A DNA stretch of 64,000 nucleotides, from the NCBI RefSeq assembly GCF_001194135.2, contig NC_068989.1, positions 29,688,355 to 29,752,354 on the forward strand. Direction: 5' to 3'. Below the pieces are notes generated by a model that was given only the letters and a program-made list of their open reading frames with translations, did no database searches and was not told where the DNA came from. The translations under genes and the position numbers were made by a program. The stretch is from Octopus bimaculoides (taxonomy: Eukaryota). Position 1 is the stretch's first letter. Each line of letters starts with the position of its first letter. Shown piece by piece: positions 26,560-40,290 of the stretch.

Positions 26560-28330
26560 AAAACCTACTATTATCCATGCTAGAAAATGATACCTTCTAT
26601 GAAAAAGTTGTAAACTATAAACAACAAAAAACAAAGAAAAATCTTGCATCCTTAATTCAAATATATGGAAAAGGCCTGACTGAAAAAGAAGTAGATTATA
26701 TCATTAACTTTAAATGTAAACCTACTTTTTTTTTATGGCCTACCTAAAACACACAAAAGCAAGATAGTTAATGAAGCTTGTGAACAATCACCAGGTAATT
26801 ACATAATTATCCTAGCACCAGAAGATTTAAAGTTAAGACCAATTATAGCTGGCCCAGCCTGTGAAACCCACTGCTTAAGCAATTCTCTAGACATCCTACT
26901 GAAACCCTTACGGAAATACATCAAAAGTTTCATTAGAGGCGATCTAGATATGTTTGAGCACCTACTAAAAACAACTAAAGAAGACACATTATTGGTTTCT
27001 TTCAATGTTATTATACACCAATATCCCATGTGACCATGGAATAGAAGCAATAAAATTCTGGCTGAAAAAGTACCCATAAGAACTTCCAGAATGCATAAAC
27101 CAGGTTTTTATTATTGAAACTTTAAAATTTATACTTCAGAGCAATTATTTCCTATTCCATGACACCGACTATTGTTAAAAATGTTGAATTGCGATGGAAA
27201 CATAAACAGTCCCTGTTCTTGTGAACCTAATAATGGGATATTTTGAATTCATCATATATGAAGTGTCACTGTAAAAAATAGACATCCATTTCACCAGTGT
27301 ATAAGAGAAAACTGGAAGAGATATCTGGATGACAGCTTTATCATTTGGAATGAGACAGTTGATAAACTTTTGGAATTTAAATTTACAATGGAATATAGCA
27401 AAGAACAGCTCCCTTTCTTAGATATTATGATAAAAAAAAGTCAACACCCAAATTGTAACTAACATTTATCATAAAACAACAGACTTGAAACAATATCTTT
27501 TTAGCTCATGCCATCCGAAACATCAAAAGAAATATCCCCTTTAATTTAGCAAAAAGGATTTGCACAATAGTGTCTGATGGAAATACCCGGGACCTCCATC
27601 TTCAAGACCTCAGAACAACACTGTGAGACAATACCCACCCTCACTTATAGATGACAGAATTAAGCATTAAAACACTAAGGGAAACAAAATCTAACATCAC
27701 ACCACATCTCAGAACACTACCGTATATATCAACTCACAACCCTAGAAACAATGAGGCATACAACACTGTTGTACAAAATCTACCTATGCTCATTAGAGAT
27801 CCAAAAATGAACAACATTCTGAAAATATATAAATTCATCAAATGCAAAAAGCAATACAAATTGCTGAAATGACTTCTGACAAATGCGAAGCTTTACACAA
27901 CAACCACGAAACCAATGGTTAAAAAATGTGAATGCCCAAACTGTGGAACATGCCCCAACCTATTGGAAGGCTTGGATTTCCTATTCAAGCAAGGAGAGAG
28001 GTCCATGATTAAACCAACTTCACTTGTGCTTCCAAGAATCTACTTTATGTTATAACTTGTTCAGGTTGTGGACATAAGTATACAGGACAAACAAGTATGG
28101 CACTTAGATCCGTTAACATAAGGAACAAATCCGTCTCCCACAGTACAGACATATTCCTTTGAGTGAACACAGAGAGATGTGCAAGTAATATCCAACCAAA
28201 CTTCAGTTTTCCCCATCTACCAGTGCAAAGAAACAATTTCTGTACAAGAATGTTTAAATCAAGAAAATTTATTCATCAAAAAATACAGAACACACCTAAA
28301 TATTAACACATAACCAACTTTGGTCTCAGT
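26560..28330 (+). mobile_element. Penelope-like element (RT + GIY-YIG endonuclease), degenerate
   Basis: GLPKTHK, LRPIIAGPAC, DTLLVSFNV..YTNIP, WKRYLDDSFIIW, FTMEYSKEQLPFLDI, then SKNLLYVITCSGCGHKYTGQT (GIY-YIG region). Multiple stops and frameshifts. Confidence 0.92.
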
Positions 28331-29479
28331 ATATATTTTAATTCATGTTCACATACCCATCACTGTAAATACTTCATCTTTTGAGTTTTTGTATATTTCT
28401 TTATTGCCTCCCCAAAATATGAGCAATTAACCTTCCCTGTCCCGAATAATAATGACCTCCCCTTAGATTTTTCTACTTGTTGACTCATTTTATTCACAAA
28501 CTCCCATACATAACATGGTCACAACAAGGTGAAGGAAGAAAGTTAGCTTCAAGCAATCTGTAATGAATATAAAAAAACAACTTTCAGGAAAATAGTGGTT
28601 TATTGAGATGGAAGGTTGCAGATTTTTTTCTTTCATTGAAGAACAATAAGCTGAAAAAATTTCTTTTTATATTTCTCAGTAGGCAACCAGGGTTGCCGAG
28701 TATGTGAAAAAAAAAAAGAGATTTATGGAATGGAGTATGGGAAATCCAGGCTACATATGTTTCATAGTGAGTGGAACCTCAGAAGTGGTAAAATCCAGGT
28801 GAGGTGCATACCACAGGCTACTCTTCAGGCCAAGGATATCTCGATTAGATTAAAGGCTACATTGTTATAAGGAGGTACATGTTGATGCAAAGATTCAATC
28901 AGAATGTGTGGAGGGCACAGTATGTGAGGGGTACGTACATAAATGAGGGGAGAAATAAGTAATAGATAGTGGCAAGTGCCAGGGCATAACTTTGAGGTTC
29001 AAATGCCATAATGTAAGTGACAGGATATTGCAAAGGAAGTGTGATTAAAGAGTGTGAGTGAGTAGCAAAAGACCTGGGTATATATAGAGTTGGAGGGACT
29101 ACTGGATACAGAGGAACATGGGTGAAGAACAGGACAAGATTGGGGAGTGAGAGCTAGGCATAGTGAATGAAGGAGGAAATGCGAGAAAGACATGTAAACT
29201 GGTTTGTTGGGGTAGGGTGAGGGAAAGTTTTCTTGTTATGTGTGAGTGGAACACCCAGGTTGGGGGTTAGCAGATGGCAATAATAGAATGAGACAAGGCA
29301 TGTCGGTAGAATGCACAGGTCGGGGGGTAAGCAGAAAGCAATGATACAGTGGTACCAGGCCAAGAGGACAAGATTGGGGAGTGAGAGGTAATCATTGTAC
29401 ATGAAGCAGAAATGTGAGGAAGAGAAGGGATGCAGAGACATAATTTGGTTTGTTGTGGTTGTGTGTAAGAGATTTTCTA

Positions 29480-32400
29480 CACAGCGCTTCTAGAACTCAG
29501 TTTTGCTGATGTGGGTGGGTCTTCTCAAGAACTTCATATTGCCAGACATCTCAGCCCATGGTCATTTCCTCCATGAGGTACAACTTCCTGAGATTAGTCC
29601 TTACCACTTCATACCATGTCTTCCTGGGTCTCCCGCTTCCATGGGTACCATCCACTTTCAGTGATCAGCACTTCTTTATGCAGCTGTCTTCATTCATATA
29701 CATCACACGTCCAAACCAACATAGTCTTCTCTCTTGCATGCTACATTTGATTCCTCTTATGCCCGACCTTTCTTTCAATACATTTGCACTTTGTCATACA
29801 TGTGCACTGATGTTGCACATCCAACAGAGTATGCTATCTTCATCTCTCTCCAGTCTACACATCTCTTCAGCATTCAGAGCTCATGTCTCACTACCATAGA
29901 GTATAGGCATTCATACACAAGCATCATATAGTATACCTTTCATTCTGAGAGGCCTTTTGTTGCCAACTGAAGTAATAGCTCTCTGAACTTCCTCCACCCA
30001 ATTCTTATTCTAGAATCAATACTTCCACCATTGCTAATTTGGTCACCTAGGTAACAGAAACTATCTACAACCTCAAGAGAGCCTCCTGGGCATTTGAGAG
30101 AATCTAATTCCTGTGTGCTCTTAGTGCTTATTGTTCCTGTACATCTGCTACATACAAAGACTACTCTATCTGTTAATCTCCTATGATACCACTGCATCTC
30201 TTATGTGTCCATAGTTTACACTGGGTGCAGCAAATGGAATTTCTTCCAACTCCTTTCCTACATAAGGAGCAGGGCCATTTACCTGACGGAAAGAAAGTTT
30301 TATCTTCTTTCTTACTAACAACCACTTTTGTCTTAGCTAGGTTAACTTTAAGGCCCTTTGATTCCAGGTTTTGTTTCCATACCTGGAATTTCTTCTCCAA
30401 TTCTGCAATAAGAGCAAGGTCATCAGCATATAGTAATTCCCACAGGCACCCAGTTCTGAATTCCTCTGTTATAGCCCAGAGGACTATAACGAATAAGAGT
30501 GGGCTGAGAACTGAGCCCTGGTGAACCCCTGCCTGAACGCTAAATTCATCACTGTATTCATGGCCAACTCTCACCTTACTGACAGCACCACTGTACATGA
30601 CTTGGACAGCTCTGACAAGTCACTCCTCTACTCCTAACTTCCTTAAAGACCACCATATAACAGAGTGGGGAACTCTGTCAAAAGCTTTCTCCAGGCCGAC
30701 AAAGACTAAATACAATGACTTACTTTTGGCCAAGTAATTCTCCTGCAGCTGCCTTACTAGAAGTTGGCATCAGTAGTAATCTTCCCAGGTACAAAACCAA
30801 ACTGCATCTCATCTAGTTTAATTTTATTTCTAATCAATTGAGTTATAACCCTCTCAGTAATTTTCATGACTTTGTCTCATAGTTTAATACCTCTGTAGTT
30901 GTTTCTATCTAAGGCATCACCTTTACCCTTATAGCAGTTATAACTATAACACTACTACACCAGTCATTGGTGATGGAGCCTTCCTGAATAACTTGATTAA
31001 CTATACGGGGGACTAAGCTGTATCCTACACCACCAGAAATATTTATCATCTCGGCAGTAATTCCTAATGGCCCAGGGCTTTTCCGTTTTCATGCCTTATC
31101 TATTATGCTACTATCAACTGTGATGGCTGGTCCCTCAATTAGTTCAATATTTGGTAAACTCTCCTTCTCCCATTCATTTTCCACATTTAGTAACCTTTCA
31201 TAGTGACACTCCCATGCATCTTTCTTTGAGTCACTAAGTGCAAGCATGCCATTATCCATTCACACACATTTCTCACCTACCACATCTCTATTTTCTCTGA
31301 TACACTGCTTTGTAATCCTGAACACCTCATGCCTCTGATCCTCATGTTGAAGGACATTTGCAAACCTCTTACCTTCAGCTTCTCCTTTTGTTATGTATAC
31401 ATGACATCTAGCTGTCCTTTTGGCTACCTGATATAATTCTCAGCTTCCACCATTCTGCCATTCTTTCCAGGCCTATCTCTTTGCTTTTATAACACTGTCA
31501 ACCTCCTTGCTCCACCACCATGTCACCTTTGGTCTAGCTGGGACTCTGCACCAACCACAGATTTCATCTGTAGCTCTCAGTAGAGTGTTCCTCAAGAATT
31601 TCCAGTTGTTCTCTAAGCTATATGTCCCAAACTCTTCCTCTCTATCGTCAGAAGCTTCCATTAGCAAATCTTAAAATTTTTGTCTGTTTGCTGGGTCTTT
31701 GAGCTCCCATAGTCTTCTTTTCCAGATTGGCTTATTTCTCTGGGTCTTTCTAGCTCTAATTCTGAAGTCACTAACTCGTAACCTAAGTTGGGTTGTACAC
31801 TCTTCCCCTGGGAAAGACTTTGTGTTTTTAAGCATCCATCTATCTCATTGCCTGGTGAGGAGGTAGTCAATCCAGCGTATGTGCTCACCAGACTGATAAG
31901 TGATTAGGTGGCTGGCTGGCTTTTTGAAGTTAGTGTTGCAGATCATGAGATCATTTTCATCACAGAACTCCAGCAGTTTTGTTCCCTCCTCATTTCTAGA
32001 TCCAAAACCATAGCCTCCATGCACTCCCTGGAATTCATGGGGGTGCTGTCCAACATGTCCACTGAAGTCACCAGCCACAATAATAACGTCTCTGTCATTT
32101 GTTGTTGAGGTGGTCTGCAAAAAGATCTCATAGAATTGGTCCTTCTGCTCATCAGACAGCCCAAACTAAAGGGCATAAGCAGAGATAAATGTGAATGTTA
32201 ATTTACATATGATAAGTCTCATTTTAATTATCCTATCACATACTCTGACAACTTCAATTACCTTATCTACCCACTTTTCTGCAAACAGTATGCCTACTCC
32301 ACCCACACCATTATTCCTGCCAACCCAGAAGAATTTGAATCTGTCNNNNNNNNNNNNNNNNNNNNNNNNNNNNNNNNNNNNNNNNNNNNNNNNNNNNNNN

Positions 32401-32830
32401 NNNNNNNNNNNNNNNNNNNNCTTATCTACCCACTTTTCTGCAAACAGTATGCCTACTCCACCCACACCATTATTCCTGCCAACCCAGAAGAATTTGAATC
32501 TGTCTCTTACTCATGAGGAATCTAGCTGAGGTTCCCCTCCATCTAACTTCTTGTACACCACATACATCAACATGGCGACCTCTAACATTTCAACAATCTC
32601 CCCCTCCTTCCTTTCATTGTGCCAACATTGATGGTAGCAGCTCTGAGATTGAGTACTTGGAAGTGGTTGCGGAAAGGTAGTTGTGGAAATTTTGTCATCA
32701 CCTGAAACAAAGAAATGCTTGCCAGCTTGCATGCAGCTTTGAATTACAATGAACCAGTCTCCCCCACCTCATCCAACATCGTGAGCAAGAGCCAACAAGT
32801 GGGTATGAGATTAGGGTGGTTACATAGGGC
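29480..32830 (-). mobile_element. RTE-clade LINE, near full-length ORF, degenerate
   Basis: APE domain (ATINVGTMKG, GGVGILFAEKWVDKV, IIVAGDFSGHVG), RT (GVHQGSVLSPLLF, LLYADDLAL, GLKVNLAKTK) and C-terminal GRPRKTW. Frameshifted. Confidence 0.93.
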
Positions 32831-33062
32831 AGTTTAAGTATTATATGTCTAAATATTCAACTGTATATGATACACACCAGGGCACTTGTATGAGGGTTAT
32901 AAGGAGGGGGTATAAGGGTATGCTCAAAATATATGTATTCACATACACAGCACATGAAACGTATGAGTCACTAGGTGAAAATGTTAATGCACGAATTAAA
33001 ATAATGGTAGTGGGGGAGGTGGGTGTTCATAACAGGTGTGCAAAATGGATATTGAGCATCCC

Positions 33063-33750
33063 TAATGTAAACTAAGCTTATGCACCATATAGCTAGTTTG
33101 GACACAGAAGAAAAGCCGTAGTATTTAATAAGAATTATTGTCATTAAAATATTAATACTAAATTAATATACATGTACATTCTTTTTTTTAAATCGATAAA
33201 TTTATCTCAAGCATTTTGCAATGGGAATGTAGTCTGGCTGAAAGTGAAATGAAATGAAAATTACATGAAGCCTTAGCAACTAGATATTGAAAGAAATGGG
33301 GGAATCCTAGATTCATTGACTAATTCACATATGGATAATAACCAAAACTTAGCTGTTGATTCAAGAAAGAGTGAACGAGCGAGTTGTTGATTCAAGAGCA
33401 TTAGCAAGGAAAAGGAATGCTATTTGGGGATATATTTTGAATATACGAAAGACGCTGCTGATGAATGCTGGGCAGCCCTAATTAATGTAAACTAAGCTTA
33501 CGCACCATATAGCTAATTCGAGCATGGAAGGAAAGTCAAAGTATTTAATAATAATTATTCTTATCGTTAAAATATTAATACTATATTAATATACATGTAC
33601 ATTTATTAATCAATAAATTTATCTCGTAAACATTTTGCAACAGGAATCGGAGTCTGGCTGAAATTGAAATGAAAATTACATGTGGCCTTAGCAACTAGAT
33701 ATTGAAAGAAATGGAGGAATCCTAGATTCATTGACTAATTCACATATGGA
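33063..33750. repeat. Direct repeat pair of ~270 bp (33063-33335, 33483-33750) with a 147-bp spacer
   Basis: Aligned by eye; period 420 bp. Confidence 0.9.
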
Positions 33751-35852
33751 GATATTTATATATAGTCACATTTGGGGGTTGAGTGTGTGTGTCTCTTAAT
33801 ATGTAGACAATGCAACACAGACTTTAAAAAAAAAAGACTTTCACTTTGTTTAATTAACTGAAAATTCAAGTTGAGCTTTTAATAATGAAAATATGGTTTG
33901 GATCATAATGGATAAAGAAAAGAATGTAATACAAAAGCTATAGATAAAGTAATAAACTGGAAAAATAAAATAGTAAAATTCTAGAGGTTTTTCAAATCAA
34001 ATAAAAATAACATAGATAATAACAATGATATACAACTATAATGCTGTGCTCACATATTTTTACCATCATTTTTATATCCTGACTGTCGGCTATGATTGGG
34101 TGGGTGTGTTTTGCTCACTTACACAAAAGGTAGCATACAAATGAGTTAGAAGAACTGTTGAGCATTAACAACATTGGTTTAGTCATTGTATCAAAGAGAA
34201 ATAATTGCATATGTGAATGAACAATGAGTGCAGGGTGTCAAAGAGGAGGATATGAGATGTAGGGAGGTCAGAATTCTTGATGCTAAGTTTCATTGATCAT
34301 ACAAACGTTTGCAAAGTGTAAGGTGCCTGCGATATAGCATTTTAGTAATTTTTTTTAAAGCTTCCAACTTTAATCTCATAATTTTTATCAATTACAAGAA
34401 TACTACGACAAAATTTATATCAAATGAAAGATACGAGCTACAGCTTGCTGTTAGAGCTGCTCTACCACCTGAAAGAGCCATGACTTGTATTTCCTCATTG
34501 GTACTTTTGTGTCCAAGCCTAAAACACTTATGTCTTAAATAATACTACCACCAGGAAGTAAATAGGAATTATGAAGGGATACAGCTCACCACTATGTGAC
34601 AGGAACATTAGTTAATTCCCAAGTACTTTGTTAACATATAAGGCTGAGTTTGTATCCTTCTATAAGTTTGAGTTGAAAAACAAATGTTCTCCATCCAACT
34701 GATTTTGCCCTAAATACATATGAAGTCTCCAAATAGTGCCCTTACAACTTAATTTGCTATGTAATTCATTTACACTTTGAAATATATAACAATAAATAGC
34801 TTGAAAAATTTTTTTTAAATTAAGAAAAAAGCTTTTTAGGTTTAAATGATGTCATATTCTTAAAACTGGACCAATTAACAATGAAATTTTTTCTTTTTAA
34901 CTTGTCATATTTATAGTGAGAATCAAAACATACATGTTCATTCATATACATTCTGGCAGATTCAAACGTGTATATGCTAATTACTGTTGTATTTCATCAT
35001 TGGGTAAGAACTTTCATACAAATGTGTGTCTACAACACACTCAATTTATTGGGATAATGGAACCTTGGGATACAAGTGTTTCAACCTAGTTATGTGTCTC
35101 CTATGTTTGGTTTTTGTTTCTAGGATTCAACAAACAAATTATTTGCTGATGCATGCTAATGTCTGCCAACTGATATGACATCAGCACACATTAGCAATAA
35201 TAAGTTGTCCCATAAACTGGTACCGAAACTTTTTAGATTCATTGGTCTGAGATAGTTTTGGCTGAAGTGACATGCAACAAAGTTGAAATATTAGCATCCC
35301 AAAGCCCCTTACCCAATAAATCAAGAGTGCTATGAACAGACAATCATTTGAAAGGAGAAGGTGTTCTCCAATGATGAAATACAACAAAGATTAGCATTTT
35401 CACATTCCATGTTATCTTATTTTGTTACTTCTTCTTCTTTTGTTCACTTGGAGTATAAGCTTTGAAAGATAGCTGGTCATCAGACAGTAGAATGCCATTC
35501 ATTCTGTCAACATCATTATTCATACAACACTGAATTATACTAGTTTTGTAATTGCTTCGAGTTCTTTGAATCAAATGTGCTTTACTTATCTATTTTAGCA
35601 TTTTGGTAGAAGAAAGAAAAAAAAACTAGTACAATTTACATTACTAATTTACAAATGATGAATTATTTTTTAATCAGTATACAAACTCAAAGATAAAATT
35701 TAAATCCTTTCCCTACAGAAATTATAAGTTTATATCAAAATTACTGATGTCACTCGTTTACCTATGCAGTAATTTGTTTTTCCTAGTTTGAACTATTTGG
35801 TGTTTTTTAGTAGTCTGAGTCTTAAAGGGTTTTTCCCCTTCTGATGTTATCC

Positions 35853-36246
35853 TGCAGCCAATAAGCACATAAACAAAACACACTAAGTATATGACATCAG
35901 TAATGTTTATATTATTAGAGATGCTTCTAATTCAAAAATTTAATTTTGTTTTACTTGTGCAGCACTATTGAACATCAGCAGACAGATTTTACACTATCTG
36001 CATATATACATCATGAATTTGTCTCAGAGTGAATCGGGTATATAATGCCATTGAGCTGAAATAACAGCAAAATATCAATATCCACCATTCTTGTTCACCT
36101 ACAGGATGACTCATCTCCCCTGGTTTGAAGTATTCAGTGTCTTTTAACATCTTGCAGCTAATAAGCACATATACAAAACACATACATTAAGTTTGTGACA
36201 TCAATAATGTTTACACTATTAGAGTTGTTTCTAATTTAAAATTTAA
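35853..36246. repeat. Local direct duplication of ~93 bp, period 300 bp
   Basis: tgcagc(c/t)aataagcacata...ttctaatt(c/t)aaaa at 35853 and 36153. Confidence 0.8.
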
Positions 36247-36638
36247 GAAGTTAATATATATGTCTTTTCATCAACAGAATTTCCAAAATACAATTTAACT
36301 TATAAAACATCCTAACTACATATATTTTGATCCTTTGTATGTCAATGTATTATAGTGGGGTACTATCGTGTTGGTTAGAGAACATAGTTCACCATTCTTA
36401 TTTTCATTTCCTTGTGTGTTCATTGCTAATACTAACAGGAAAGACAATGTAACAATGCTCCCTTTTTTCATGCCTAGGTTATAAAGAATTATTTAAAACT
36501 TTGTTAAAAGACTGTGGCATCTCAAAATGTTTTCTGTCTAGAAAATAAAATTCTAGGTATCATGAGCTTAGTATAAAAAATGTCTTGATAATCAATAGTG
36601 CTAATAATTAAGAAACAAAATCAAACAATCACATAAAA

Positions 36639-36985
36639 CATTATTTACATTATTCACAATTGACGGATATTTGTCTTCATCTTGTTTGTTGTTGACAGGC
36701 ATATGGCATAGTGGTTAAGAGCACAGGCTACTAACCCCAAAATTCCGAGTTCAATTCCAGGGAGTGACCTGAATAACAATATTAATAATAACAACAACAT
36801 CGAAAAATACCTTAAGAATGAGAACCCAGGTTCGAAATTTCCCCCAAGACACCTGATGAAGATTGGAGGGTATATCAGCCGAAATGTTGTGTCAACAACA
36901 AATAAGATGAGGACAAATATCCGTCAATTGTAAATGATGTAAATAATGTGCATAATTCCTCATCTCTTAAATATAGAACTGTATT
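36639..36985 (+). mobile_element. tRNA-headed SINE with hammerhead motif and 5' inverted tail (family A)
   Basis: A-box TGGCATAGTGG (36704-36714), B-box GAGTTCAATTCC (36747-36758), 60-bp inverted repeat (36638-36697 vs 36890-36949) and TSD atcacataaaa (36628-36638, 36986-36996). Confidence 0.9.
36848..36893 (+). ncRNA. Minimal type I hammerhead-ribozyme motif (mutated copy)
   Basis: Stem I GACAC/GTGTC, core CTGATGA with an extra A, stem II GATTG..CAGCC (one mismatch, one wobble), GAAA, then T-GT-T (loopless stem III, GUU cleavage triplet). Confidence 0.65.
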
Positions 36986-39354
36986 ATCACATAAAATATG
37001 AAAGAAATAAAAAAACTTCTAGAAATCTAACAAGTCTAAATAATTGATTATAAAATGAATTAGGGAAATAGCATAAGTAAGCCAATGGATGATGTACTGA
37101 ATAATGTATACAAACACTAAATTAATTGAGAATTTTTGGCAAACAACATTCAGTACATCCTCTCTAAACTTTTTTTTACACATAGCTATGGCTATACTGG
37201 AAGATTGCTGTGATTTTGCAGTCTATTTCAACAAAGATGTTTCACTCCCTCTTCTATTTATTTGATAATTTCTATTAATACTTACTTTAATTTGTACAAT
37301 TTATCAACTTCATTTTTATTGCATGCATCCTTTATTTGTAACAGTTTTAGCAGATCAACTGATAAATGTAAGCTATTCCACCTTGGATGTAACTAATATA
37401 AGAAGTTAGGACACAAGAAATATGTCTTTGTTTTTAGTTTCCCTGGAGAAAACCTTCAAATCTCAAATATTTTTTGGCAAGTAGTCAAATAACTGTAAGT
37501 TTATGAAAAATGCATTGTTGCAGCACAGCATCTGTTAATATGAAATAATGAGAATTTAGGAAGCTGACAGTAACTTGTAGCTTATCTAACCTTTAAACAA
37601 CCCTCTTCACACACAATTATGTAGTCCTTGCTATGGTGTCCAAGAGCATAGAGATATAGCATTTAAAGGCATTTACAGTATTACAAATCTTTAATAGTTA
37701 CTATTTTGTAGCCTTTTAAGCTATTTGAAGAAACAGTTGGGATCAAAAATATAGTTTGCAGCCAGCAATCCTAACTGAAAGGTCAGCATTGCTCATTATT
37801 TTTCTTGTACAGAAATATCATTAAAAAAAACCAAGCTGAAGGTTGGTAGTAAATTTGTATTAGTCTAGTTATATGGCATAGTTAAAACAGATTGTTAAAC
37901 ATCCTATTTCTGAAATATAGTCTGAATTTTGCCTGTAAGAGAATGAATGCTGTCATTGAATATGTTTTTCCCCCTCAGTGAAAGGTATGAACATTTCTTG
38001 AATTCACAAATATTCAGTAAAAATATGATAATAAACTAATTTAAAATAGAATATAATATAAATTCAAGTAGACACATGGCTAACTTTTGCGGAATTTGTA
38101 TAGTTAATTAAATTAAATCAAATATATTACTGGTACTTATTTTAATTAACTCCGAAAGTTAAAAGATAAAATCAATATCCTTAAAATTGCAGTTCAATGT
38201 ACATGAATAGTTTCATGCAATTAATTCATCCAATATGGCATATTATTATATCTACTAGCTCACTGACCTACTGAAAATAAATTATACCATCAATTTTACA
38301 ACTATTATTAGCAGTATACAATAGATTTTACACAATATAATATCAACCAGACACACACACACCCTTTACTTATAATTCAACAAAATGACATATATAAGGT
38401 GCAATCCAGAAATTTTGAGACTTTTTGGGAGAGAGGCAGTTATAACTGTCCCAGATTACTGTTATTTTAGTATGTCATTACGATACATTTCATAAGCTTA
38501 CACAGTGCTGTTCTCCCCTTCATGAAATTTTTGTCTATTTTTAGACAAATATTATCCTGACGAGATTCATATACATAAATTTGAATTTTTTTATAAATTC
38601 ACTAGTGGATATGAATCGAAGCAAATTGTAAGATATATATTTGTTTTAATTATTTGTTATATTATATCTTTTTATAGTATAATCATATTATATTATAATG
38701 ATAATGAATTTATAATATATCAATTGTATTTCTCTACTTCCTTTAATATTTATATATTGAAATTATACCATTTTAGTTCTGATTTTTTCTGTACTATATT
38801 TTGGTATTTAACTGAAAAACCAGTGATAATTGGATGTTTTCCATCCCTTTGAAGGAAATTGTTTTTTCCTTGGATTGAATAATACATGTACATATACATA
38901 CATACGTACATACATATGTCTACTATACATGATTTTAAACTCGTGATTACCTGTATGTGTGTGTGATGTCCTATAACTGTTCAGCTCTCTCTTTTGTAGA
39001 GTCTTCCCTGTTGCTGTCACATATTGTGAGATTTTAAAATTACATCAAAATTTTCAAATCTGGTATATTGAAGTAATTTTCCATGTTAAATCTGGTTTTG
39101 TTATTTGTTCCAGAGAAATTTCAGAAAAAAATGTTACTGAGGTTTAAAGTCTAATCAATTTCACCCACTCATAAAACAGGATTTGGAAACTGTCAGTTTC
39201 TGCATGAGAGCTGTCAATCACAAAATGAAAGCAAAATCATTTGGAGGAGGAATTTTTATTAAACAAACGAAAGCAAAGCATTACAACAACTAAAGTTGTA
39301 AGAACTTCTGAAGTTTTAATAACTGCCCGGCAATGACAAGCTATTTAGTTAGTA

Positions 39355-39960
39355 TGTATATAAATGATGCAAATATACACTTACCAGTGTATGCTGTATT
39401 CTGTACAGACAGAAGAAGTTAGAGTAGAGTTGCATTGTACATCTGTGAAAATGTCAAGCCACTAACCCTGTTGTCACATTCAAATTTGGTCTGTGACACA
39501 CTCATAGTGCATTTAAAGCAACTTGATGCAGTAATATGCACATTATATCACTTATATGATGTCTCATACTAGAAGCAATAACATCTTAGACCTCTGTTTC
39601 ACCACCAATGTGGAACTTATCCACAATCCGAAGATATCACCAACAATTTTATCAGATCATAACAGGATAGAACTGACAATGTATGGCTCAAAACTAATTA
39701 AAGATGTATTCCAACACAGATAGCACCCAAACCCTATCTAGTCTCAACTTCTACAAAGCTGACTGGAAATCAATTGAAAAACAGATACTCCAGAAAAATT
39801 AGCGTAAAAGTTCATCTATGCAAGACATTGATAAGAATTCATGTCAATAATGTGAACCATATGCATTAAATTTATCCCTGAGAAGAGAGCCAATAAGGAC
39901 AAAAACATCCTTCCCTGAAATAGGAGATTCCTCATGAGATGGAGAACAAAGATAAATTGC
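39355..39960 (+). mobile_element. CR1/L2-like LINE endonuclease fragment
   Basis: YAVFCTDRR...VALYICEN, NNILDLCFTTNVELIHNPKISPTILSDHNRIEL, LNFYKADWKSI (APE C-terminal LD..SDH motif). Internal deletion and stops. Confidence 0.8.
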
Positions 39961-40140
39961 TTAAATAAACACTAATGACAGTTACAAATCCCCTCTCAAA
40001 GAGGTGCACTTAGAAAATGAAAATAAACTCACTCTCCCATGAAAAAGAAAGTGAAGAGAAACCAGGGTATGGAAAACATAAAAAGAAAGTTTGCAAAAGA
40101 ATCTGCATTGATGCACTACAAGATAGGGCCACTGTTTCAA

Positions 40141-40142
<2 letters not shown>

Positions 40143-40179
<37 letters not shown>

Positions 40180-40195
40180 CATACATACATATGTG
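40143..40195. repeat. (GT)n/(ATAC)n microsatellite
   Basis: Read directly. Confidence 0.9.
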
Positions 40196-40290
40196 TGGAG
40201 ACGTGTGTGAGTAGACATGCTAAAAAATGGCACTCAACATATTTATTGGGAGTTACATGTATAGATCAAATTGTTTTGATTTATATATAT

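Noticed and set aside
33455-33490. Second hammerhead candidate (gctgatgaatgctgggcagccc)
   Set aside because: No GAAA after the putative stem II and no stem I partner.
36698-36770. tRNA gene
   Set aside because: It has A/B boxes but no closing acceptor stem and continues into a SINE body. The same applies to the family B and C heads.
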